A DNA stretch of 11,321 nucleotides, taken from positions 943 to 12,263 of the forward strand of contig JAYOTF010000060.1 in NCBI GenBank assembly GCA_038150265.1, written 5' to 3'. The translations under genes were made by a program, and so were the position numbers. The stretch comes from Deltaproteobacteria bacterium (GTDB taxonomy: Bacteria; SAR324; NAC60-12). The notes below the pieces were generated by a model. It ran no database searches and was not told the origin of the DNA. It saw only the letters and a list, made by a program, of their open reading frames with translations. Below, piece by piece: positions 1-6,532 of this stretch. Each line of letters begins with the position of its first letter. Position 1 is the stretch's first letter.

Positions 1-387
1 ATTCAGACGCGGGGGAACCAGCACGGGCACGTCGTGCTTCGGGGGGGAAAGAATGGGCCCAACTTCAACGCGGTGGCGGTGCATGAGGCGGAAGAGGACC
101 TGGAGCAGGCCAAACTGCCCAAGCGCATCATGGTGGACTGCAATCATGCCAACTCCGGGAAGGATCCCTACCGGCAGGAAATTGTCATCCGCGACCTGGT
201 CCGTCAGATCCTGGACGGCAACCAGTCTTTGATTGGGGTGATGATCGAAAGCAATCTGGAGGGGGGCAATCAGCCGATTGGCCCAGACATGAAGTACGGC
301 GTCTCCGTTACCGACGCCTGCGTGGATTGGGACAGCACCCGGGCGATGTTGCTCCATGCACATCAGCAGCTGCTGGGCCGTCCCTGA
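1..387 (+). CDS. 3-deoxy-7-phosphoheptulonate (DAHP) synthase, class I alpha (AroF/G/H type), C-terminal part; 5' end lies outside the window
   Basis: Frame is open from base 1 (IQTRGNQHGHVVLRGGKNGPNF). Motifs MVDCNHANSGKD, GVMIESNL and YGVSVTDACVDW are typical of class I DAHP synthases. The feedback isoform cannot be determined. Confidence 0.95.
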   Translation: MQTRGNQHGHVVLRGGKNGPNFNAVAVHEAEEDLEQAKLPKRIMVDCNHANSGKDPYRQEIVIRDLVRQILDGNQSLIGVMIESNLEGGNQPIGPDMKYGVSVTDACVDWDSTRAMLLHAHQQLLGRP

Positions 388-394
388 AGGCCGG

Positions 395-514
395 TCAGTC
401 CTCACGAGCCCGGGAGCGCTCCCGGGACTCGGAGGAGAGTTCCCATGCTCCTCCGAAGATCACCAACGCATACAAAAACACGTCCAGCACACGATCCTCC
501 ATACGGGTCCACAT
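395..514 (-). CDS. Putative 39-aa small membrane protein (MWTRMEDRVLDVFLYALVIFGGAWELSSESRERSRARED)
   Basis: ATG at 514 with GAGGAGA Shine-Dalgarno (521-527) 6 nt upstream and a TATGCT -10-like hexamer (544-549, minus strand). One hydrophobic segment followed by a charged tail. Confidence 0.45.
   Translation of the reverse strand: MWTRMEDRVLDVFLYALVIFGGAWELSSESRERSRARED
399..436. other. GC-rich palindrome/hairpin just after the DAHP synthase stop; possible 3' stem or terminator element
   Basis: Perfect 18-bp palindrome CCCGGGAGCGCTCCCGGG (409-426), extended by CGAG/CTCG and TCCTC/GAGGA arms. No U-tract. Confidence 0.45.
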
Positions 515-594
515 CAAAATTCTCCTCAGAATCAGGTTATTGAAGCATACCTGAAAGCCAGTTGCAGATTTGATGCCCATGTTTATCTGACGGT

Positions 595-644
595 TCCGGA
601 AGCCGCCCCTTGCTGCGGCGGCTGTGTGAATTGGGGCTTCCGGA
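595..644 (-). other. Inverted-repeat structure immediately downstream of the gshB-like stop
   Basis: TCCGGAAGCC (595-604) pairs with GGCTTCCGGA (635-644). Alternative stem AGCCGCC (601-607) with GGCGGCT (617-623). Confidence 0.4.
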
Positions 645-650
645 GCGCCA

Positions 651-1688
651 TCAGGCCTGAGACACTTCTGCCCGGAGCCGGGACTTCCGATCGGTCGCAG
701 ACTGCCGCTGAGCCACTTCATCCTCAATGAAGTCCACCACCTGCTCCTGCAAGCGCACCCGGTTGAGGCGATTGATCCGGGTGATGCCTCCGGGGCTGCA
801 GACGTTCACCTCCAGGAGCTTCCCGTTCACCACATCGAGTCCGGCAAAGTAAAGGCCATCAGCCACCAGCTTGGGCCCCAGCTTGCGGCACAGGCGCAAC
901 TCTTCACGGGTGAGGACGTGCTTGACGGCATGGCCACCGGCATGGATGTTGGACCGGAAGTCTCCCTCTGCAGGCACACGACGCATCGCCCCAATCGGCT
1001 CGCCATTGAGCATGAGGATGCGGACGTCTCCGGCTTCCGCCCCTTCAATGTACTCCTGCAGGATGACGTAATTGCTGCCGGAGCTCCCGGAGCTGCCATC
1101 CACATAGAAGTGCAGGAGGGAGTTGATGTTCTGCCGGGCGTGCTTCTCCACCACAATCACCCCCCGTCCGGCCAGCCCGTTCAGGGGCTTGAGGATCATG
1201 CGTTCCTGCTCGCTTTCCTCAATGATGCGCTTGAGGTAGTCCTTGTTTTTGGAGACGTGGGTGGTGGGAATGAATTCCCGGCACGATTCGTAAAACGCGG
1301 CCGTGTAGAGCTTGTTGCTCGCTCGCCGGAGCCCATCGATGGTGTTGAGGATGAAGGTGTCGTGCTTGACCGAATCCATGAAATTGAGCATGATTGGATC
1401 CAGAGGCGGATTGACCCGCATGAAGATCGCATCAAATCCGGAGAGGGGCAGCATCTGTTCCTTGAACTCAATCTTGCGGTGAAACCGCTCCGTGTCCCGG
1501 GTGGGCTTCGCCTGCGGCTGGATGATCTTGCAGAACGCGTGGGTGGCACTGTGTCGAATGGTGAGGTTGTTCGGATGCGTCACCGCGACCCGGTGCTGGC
1601 GGAGGGTGCACTCATGGATGATCCGGAGGGTGGTGTCGGTGGCAGGCACCACCTTTTCCCAGGAATACATTAAAAAGCAGATGTTCAT
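651..1688 (-). CDS. gshB: Glutathione synthetase-like ATP-grasp ligase (GshB family)
   Basis: FDAIFMRVNPP, NKLY, ILKPLNGLAGRGV, ILQEYI, GDVRILMLNGEP, DFRSNIHAGG, FAGLDVV and LEVNVCSPGG follow the prokaryotic GshB layout; 345 aa. Confidence 0.85.
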   Translation of the reverse strand: MNICFLMYSWEKVVPATDTTLRIIHECTLRQHRVAVTHPNNLTIRHSATHAFCKIIQPQAKPTRDTERFHRKIEFKEQMLPLSGFDAIFMRVNPPLDPIMLNFMDSVKHDTFILNTIDGLRRASNKLYTAAFYESCREFIPTTHVSKNKDYLKRIIEESEQERMILKPLNGLAGRGVIVVEKHARQNINSLLHFYVDGSSGSSGSNYVILQEYIEGAEAGDVRILMLNGEPIGAMRRVPAEGDFRSNIHAGGHAVKHVLTREELRLCRKLGPKLVADGLYFAGLDVVNGKLLEVNVCSPGGITRINRLNRVRLQEQVVDFIEDEVAQRQSATDRKSRLRAEVSQA

Positions 1689-1934
1689 GAACAGGCCCAG
1701 CTGGGGGATGTAGGGAATGCGTTCTGCGCTCCGGAAGACAGGGGCGGCAGGAGGGTTGAAACACGATCAAAATTCCATCCTATCCCCTGAAGTTGCAAGC
1801 GCGGAAACAGGGGGTGCGGCATCGGTGAAAAACCCTGCCGCAGGCCCCGAATTTTCCGGGCGCCTTCCGGTTTTCCGTTGCAGTTCCGTCTGGGAGTTGG
1901 TAAGGCTAGAACCCATTAAAAATCAAAGCTGCTC

Positions 1935-2426
1935 ATGCCCATGCCTCCAGGAATGACATTACTGCTCAAGGTCCTCCTCCTCTTCTGCGTTGCCAGCAGC
2001 ATCGCCTGGTGGATGGCGCCGCTCTCCACCCTTGAGGCCATTGGGCTGTCGCTCCTCCTCAGCGGAGCCTGGTGGTGGCTGCTGCGCGACTCCCTGAAGG
2101 AGCAGGTCCGGCCTCTGCGCGAAGGAAACGTCATCTACTTTGACGAGTTCAAGCGCCGCAAGAACCCCCCTGAGCCTCCTCCGGAGCAGCCTCGGCTGGT
2201 GCAGGTGTTTGACTCCCCCTTGCTCCATGAAGCCGACCTGGCCGCTGCCTTTCTGGAACACAACGGCATTCCAACGCACGTTCTCAACCGTCACAATGCC
2301 AGCATCCTCATTCACCCCCTCGGCGAAATGACCGTCCGGGTGATGGTCCACGAGGCAGACGCCGCGTTGGCGAGTCAGCTGCTGGAACGACGACGCAACC
2401 CCCCTGAAGGTTCCTTTACCGCCTGA
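1935..2426 (+). CDS. Membrane protein with two N-terminal TM helices and a C-terminal DUF2007-like domain (start may be 1941 or 1953)
   Basis: Two hydrophobic stretches, a Pro-rich linker, then the pattern EADLAAAFLEHNGIPTHVLN...VRVMVHEADAALASQLL characteristic of DUF2007. Ends 3 nt before the next ATG. Confidence 0.75.
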   Translation: MPMPPGMTLLLKVLLLFCVASSIAWWMAPLSTLEAIGLSLLLSGAWWWLLRDSLKEQVRPLREGNVIYFDEFKRRKNPPEPPPEQPRLVQVFDSPLLHEADLAAAFLEHNGIPTHVLNRHNASILIHPLGEMTVRVMVHEADAALASQLLERRRNPPEGSFTA

Positions 2427-2429
2427 TGC

Positions 2430-4451
2430 ATGGCTGACCTGACCCATCACTTCTGCCTGTTTTACCGAGACAACCGCCTGGACGGTGGCTGGATCGAGGG
2501 CACCCAGAAGAACAAATTCATCATCCACCCCGTCCACGGCAAAACGCAGTTCCTCCCGGAAAACCGCCTGCTCTACCACTGGCGCCCCCAACCCGCCCCC
2601 CCTTTCCTCGAGGTGGCCCGTCCCCAACTGGAGGACACGCTGAACGCCGCTCATGCCCAGAAGCACCACCACGACCTGGAGACCATGCACCAGCTGGCGG
2701 ACGCAGGCACCGAGCTGGACTTTGCCGAGCTGGCCGAGCTGTTCCTCGAAACTCCGGACGACCCGCAGGCGGGGCTCAGCCTGCAGTTGGCGCTTCTCGA
2801 AGACGAACGCTGGTTCAAGCGCGCCCGGGATGGCCGCTTCATTCCACGAACAGACGAGGAGCTCGCTCAGCTCGACACCCGCCTTGAGCGGGAACGCCTC
2901 CAGCAGGAAAAGGAAGCCCGGATTCAGGAGTGGATCGGCTCCCTCCAGCAGGGGCCCTGGGACCCGGACACCTGGACTGAGGACCAGCTTCAGTGGCTCA
3001 AGCAGCTGGAGGACCTCCTGGCCGTGGGTCGCGACTCTCCGCACTGGAAGGAACTGGCTCCGCTGATGGGCCTGGGCGGCACCCTCGGGTTTGGGGAAGA
3101 GCAGCAGCTCAAGCGCTGGCTGCAGCAGGCGGGCAAGCCCATGTCGTGGTCACGCCTCTACCTCCTCCGGGCCAATGTCCGGGAACGCTTCCCGGCAGCG
3201 GTGCTGGCCGAGGCCGAGGCGCTTGCAGAGGCTCCGGCTCCAGAAGTCGACCCGCTCTGGCAGGACCTCCCCACCTTCACGATTGATGCGGCCAAGACCC
3301 AGGATTACGACGATGCCCTCACCCTGCTCGAGTGGGGCGCCAATACCCTCCGGCTGGCGGTACACATCACCGACCTTTCCCAGGCGCTTGCTCCTGACAG
3401 CGCCCTCTTCCGGGAAGCCGAGCTCAGGGCCTCATCGGTCTATACCCTTGAGGAAGTCGTCCCCATGCTTCCGGAAGCCCTCTCCAACGACCGCTTCTCG
3501 CTCAAGGCCGGGGTGGCCCGTCCGGTCCTCAGCTACTTCTTCCGCATCTCCCGAGATGGCTCCTGGCAGCTGGAAAAGGTGGAGCCGCAGGTGATCCGGG
3601 TGCAGGAAAACCTGAGCTATGAAGAAGTGGACGGGTTCATTGAGGCAGGAACGTCATTCTGGGCGCAGCTGAGTCAATTCTGTGACGCCCTCTTGCAGAA
3701 GCGCCTGGAAGACGGGGCCCTGGACCTGCCCCGCCGGGAGTTCGAGTTTGACCTCAGGGACCCGCAGCAGATCCGGATCCGGGCCCTGGAGCGCAACAGC
3801 GCCTCCAACCGCCTCATTCAGGAGCTGGCCGTTCTGGTGAACCGTGAAACCGGGCGACTCTTTGAAGAAGCGGAGCTGCCCGGCATCTACCGGACTCAGG
3901 CGCCCTATGAGCTGGTGCAGGAGCTGAAGGAGGGCGAAACCCTGACCCTGGAACACATCAGCATCGAGGGCGCCCGGCTTTCCACCCTCCCGGGGGCACA
4001 TGCCGGCCTCGCCTGCCACCCCTACATGCAGGCCTCTTCTCCCATCCGGCGCTTCACCGACCTCATCACGCAGCTGCAGCTGCGTTCCCACCTGCAGCAG
4101 CAGCCGGTTCCCTTTGGAACCGAGGACATGATGCGCTGGGCCGAAACCTGTGAGCTGCTCCAGAAGCAGTACGCCCGGGCCGAGCGCGAGGTCACGTACC
4201 ACTGGAAGACGTGCTACCTGGCCCAGCACACCGGGGCCGTCTTCACCGCCCGGGTCCGGCGCCCCCTGCCGAACCAGCGCCTGGAACTGGAGCTGCTGGA
4301 ACTCGACTACGTCTTTGTCACCAGTGGCCTCCCTGCCCTGGAAAAGGGGGAACAGTTCTTGCTCCAGATCGAGCAGGTTGATGTCGATCAGCACCGCATC
4401 GCCATCCAGACGTGTGCGGAACCGGCCCCGGTTCATGAGCTGTCAGGATGA
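2430..4451 (+). CDS. RNB-domain 3'-5' exoribonuclease (RNase II/R family)
   Basis: Catalytic motif FTIDAAKTQDYDDA (Asp cluster 3285-3314), AVHITD, RASSVY...PMLP, IYRTQ, SSPIRRFTDL and a C-terminal S1-like beta region; 673 aa. Confidence 0.92.
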   Translation: MADLTHHFCLFYRDNRLDGGWIEGTQKNKFIIHPVHGKTQFLPENRLLYHWRPQPAPPFLEVARPQLEDTLNAAHAQKHHHDLETMHQLADAGTELDFAELAELFLETPDDPQAGLSLQLALLEDERWFKRARDGRFIPRTDEELAQLDTRLERERLQQEKEARIQEWIGSLQQGPWDPDTWTEDQLQWLKQLEDLLAVGRDSPHWKELAPLMGLGGTLGFGEEQQLKRWLQQAGKPMSWSRLYLLRANVRERFPAAVLAEAEALAEAPAPEVDPLWQDLPTFTIDAAKTQDYDDALTLLEWGANTLRLAVHITDLSQALAPDSALFREAELRASSVYTLEEVVPMLPEALSNDRFSLKAGVARPVLSYFFRISRDGSWQLEKVEPQVIRVQENLSYEEVDGFIEAGTSFWAQLSQFCDALLQKRLEDGALDLPRREFEFDLRDPQQIRIRALERNSASNRLIQELAVLVNRETGRLFEEAELPGIYRTQAPYELVQELKEGETLTLEHISIEGARLSTLPGAHAGLACHPYMQASSPIRRFTDLITQLQLRSHLQQQPVPFGTEDMMRWAETCELLQKQYARAEREVTYHWKTCYLAQHTGAVFTARVRRPLPNQRLELELLELDYVFVTSGLPALEKGEQFLLQIEQVDVDQHRIAIQTCAEPAPVHELSG

Positions 4452-4459
4452 TTTTGTGA

Positions 4460-4488
4460 TTGTTTCTCCCTGGCAGGTTGGATAAGGT
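4460..4488 (+). promoter_or_regulatory. Possible sigma70-type promoter for the small-protein/MFS operon
   Basis: TTGTTT (4460-4465), 17-nt spacer, TAAGGT (4483-4488) in an intergenic gap. Partial consensus match only. Confidence 0.3.
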
Positions 4489-4545
4489 GATGAACTGACA
4501 GCTTTTCTGACTGACCTGTCCAACGAAACGCACCTGTAGGTACCA

Positions 4546-4767
4546 ATGGCAACGTGGATCATTCTCACAATAGCGGTGGTGGTCGCGATGGTCGTCTATC
4601 GCATGCGCCGCCCCGAAGAAGAGAAGCTTGAGCAGCCCTCCAACTTCGTCATGTTCTTCCACCCGTCCAAGGGAGAGGGAGATCTGTTCCTTGGAGGCCT
4701 CCTCGCCCTCTACTTCTTCTCCCGCTTTGCGTTGGACATGTTCCAAACCATCCGTAGCATCTTCTGA
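4546..4767 (+). CDS. Hypothetical small membrane protein, 73 aa
   Basis: N-terminal hydrophobic helix followed by a basic patch (YRMRR) and a second hydrophobic/amphipathic segment. Packs 6 nt before the next ORF. Confidence 0.7.
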   Translation: MATWIILTIAVVVAMVVYRMRRPEEEKLEQPSNFVMFFHPSKGEGDLFLGGLLALYFFSRFALDMFQTIRSIF

Positions 4768-4773
4768 ACCCTC

Positions 4774-5016
4774 ATGCGTGCTGTGCTTGTCGTCCTGGTG
4801 ACCCTGTTCCGTGATCCTCCTGTCCAGCTGGGGCCTCTTCTTGGAGGAGCGCTGGGGTGGTGGGGCGCCGAGTACGTCTTCAGCGATCCCCCCACGGCTG
4901 CCGTGGCCTTTGCCATCCTCGGTTGGGGCGTGGGGGCTTACATTGGCTATCACCGCTCCAATGCCCTTCCACAGCGCAAGCGACCCAAGTTCAAAGTCTA
5001 CCAAGGGGGGAAGTAG
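4774..5016 (+). CDS. Hypothetical 80-aa membrane protein with a Gly-rich helical hairpin (AtpZ/AtpI-like pattern)
   Basis: PLLGGALGWW...SDPP...AILGWGVGAYIGY hairpin with basic tail RKRPKFKVYQGGK. Operon-like gaps of 6 and 4 nt. Confidence 0.7.
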   Translation: MRAVLVVLVTLFRDPPVQLGPLLGGALGWWGAEYVFSDPPTAAVAFAILGWGVGAYIGYHRSNALPQRKRPKFKVYQGGK

Positions 5017-5020
5017 CGCC

Positions 5021-5209
5021 ATGCACGTTGAGTTTGAAGTCGGCACCTCCCCCACCGGTGTGCTCCTGTCGATCAAAACCAACGAGGGGCGCCTGCACCA
5101 GATCTCGGCTCTGGAGGTGACCAATGAGGAAGCCGTCCGGATTGCAGAGCTGATCCTCAAACGCGTCGAAGAAAATCAACTCTCCGTTCCTGCTGCTGAC
5201 ATCAACTGA
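5021..5209 (+). CDS. Hypothetical 62-aa soluble protein (MHVEFEVGTS...)
   Basis: ATG at 5021, 4 nt after the previous stop, with purine-rich AAGGGGGGAAG upstream. It is the 3' part of the track's 4811..5209 ORF. Beta-strand-like segments followed by an amphipathic helix. Confidence 0.7.
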   Translation: MHVEFEVGTSPTGVLLSIKTNEGRLHQISALEVTNEEAVRIAELILKRVEENQLSVPAADIN

Positions 5210-5218
5210 AGGCACCCA

Positions 5219-6532
5219 ATGAACGCGTCCCGCAAAGCGATTTGGGGGTGGGCCATGTACGACTGGGCGAACTCCGCCTTCGCCACCACTGTCATCGCCG
5301 GATTCTTTCCCGTCTTCTTCAAGCTCTACTGGAGTGCCGACGCGGACGTCAACACCAGCACGGCGCAGCTCGCGTTCGCAAACTCCCTTGCCAGCCTCCT
5401 CGTCGCCCTGATGGCTCCCATCCTGGGCGCCCTTGCCGACCGCAGCTCCACCAAGAAACGCTTCCTCACCGCCTTTGCCTACCTCGGTGTGCTGGCCACA
5501 GCCGCGCTCTTCCTGGTGGAGCAGGGCAACTGGCCCCTGGCGGTCTTCGTCTATGCCATCGGCATCATCGGCTTCTCCGGCTCCAACATCTTCTACGATG
5601 CGCTCCTTCCGGATGTCGCTGGTGACCGCGTTGACGCGGTGTCCAGTTTGGGCTTTTCCCTGGGGTACCTTGGAGGCGGGCTGCTGTTCCTGGTCAACGT
5701 CATCATGACCCTGCAGCCCCAGTGGTTCGGGTTGGCCGATGGCGCAGAAGCCGTCCGCTGGTCCTTCGTCTCGGTGGCGGTGTGGTGGGGCGGGTTCACC
5801 CTCCTGACGCTGCTCTGGGTGCCGGAAGCCCCACGGCCCCAGGCCGGCCCCACGCGCTTCCTGGATGGCCTCCGGGAAGTGGCCCAGACACTGAAGAAGA
5901 TCCGGCAGATGAAGGACCTCTGGCTCTTCCTGCTGGGGTACTGGTTTTACATCGATGGCGTGGACACCATCATCCGGATGGCCGTTGACTATGGCCTCTC
6001 CATTGGCTTTGAATCCTCCGACCTCATCACCGCCCTCCTCGTGGTCCAGTTTGTCGGCTTCCCGGCGGCTCTGGTCTTCGGGCGTCTGGGCGAACGCTGG
6101 GGGGTCCGGCGCTCGCTCTACCTCGGCATTGGCGTGTACATGGGGGTGACGCTCTGGGGAATGCAGATGCAGGAGAAGTGGGAATTCTACCTGCTTGCGG
6201 CCGTGATCGGACTCGTCCAGGGCGGCATTCAGGCCCTGAGCCGCTCCTACTACTCCCGCTTCATTCCTGCTGGACAGGCTGCCGAGTTTTATGGGTTCTA
6301 CAACATGCTTGGCAAGTTTGCTGCCATCTTTGGCCCCCTCCTCATGGGCCTCACCGGACTCCTGGCCCGGACGTGGCTGCAGCAGCAGGAGCCCGGCCTG
6401 GACCCCACGCTGCTGGGGCAGGAAGCCGCCCGCTGGAGCATCGGCTCCATCCTGATCCTCTTCATCATCGGTGGCACGCTGCTGTCTCGTGTGGATGAAG
6501 CCCGGGGCCGCGCAGCGGCAGGAGCCGCATGA
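5219..6532 (+). CDS. MFS transporter, UMF1/Atg22-like family
   Basis: Signature WAMYDWANSAF, APILGALAD, NIFYDALL, VSSLGFSLGYLGG, QALSRSYYSRFIP and EFYGFY; multiple TM segments; 437 aa. Confidence 0.92.
   Translation: MNASRKAIWGWAMYDWANSAFATTVIAGFFPVFFKLYWSADADVNTSTAQLAFANSLASLLVALMAPILGALADRSSTKKRFLTAFAYLGVLATAALFLVEQGNWPLAVFVYAIGIIGFSGSNIFYDALLPDVAGDRVDAVSSLGFSLGYLGGGLLFLVNVIMTLQPQWFGLADGAEAVRWSFVSVAVWWGGFTLLTLLWVPEAPRPQAGPTRFLDGLREVAQTLKKIRQMKDLWLFLLGYWFYIDGVDTIIRMAVDYGLSIGFESSDLITALLVVQFVGFPAALVFGRLGERWGVRRSLYLGIGVYMGVTLWGMQMQEKWEFYLLAAVIGLVQGGIQALSRSYYSRFIPAGQAAEFYGFYNMLGKFAAIFGPLLMGLTGLLARTWLQQQEPGLDPTLLGQEAARWSIGSILILFIIGGTLLSRVDEARGRAAAGAA

Noticed and set aside
515..727. Upstream part of the 395..727 ORF, and plus-strand ORFs 327..554 and 356..730
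   Set aside because: They overlap neighbouring genes and hairpins, and lack RBS or protein-like features.
918..1673. 251-aa plus-strand ORF
   Set aside because: Lies entirely antisense to the gshB-like gene.
4486..4530. Hammerhead ribozyme or fluoride riboswitch resemblance (GGTGATGA, CTGACTGA...GAAAC)
   Set aside because: No exact CUGANGA core with a stem II before GAAA, and the fluoride riboswitch pairing elements are missing.
4811..5020. N-terminal extension of the 132-aa track ORF
   Set aside because: Overlaps the better-supported 4774..5016 gene; the ATG at 5021 has operon spacing and a purine-rich RBS.
1959..5160. Long minus-strand ORFs 1959..3044, 3654..4436 and 4318..5160
   Set aside because: Antisense shadows of supported plus-strand genes; no family signatures.
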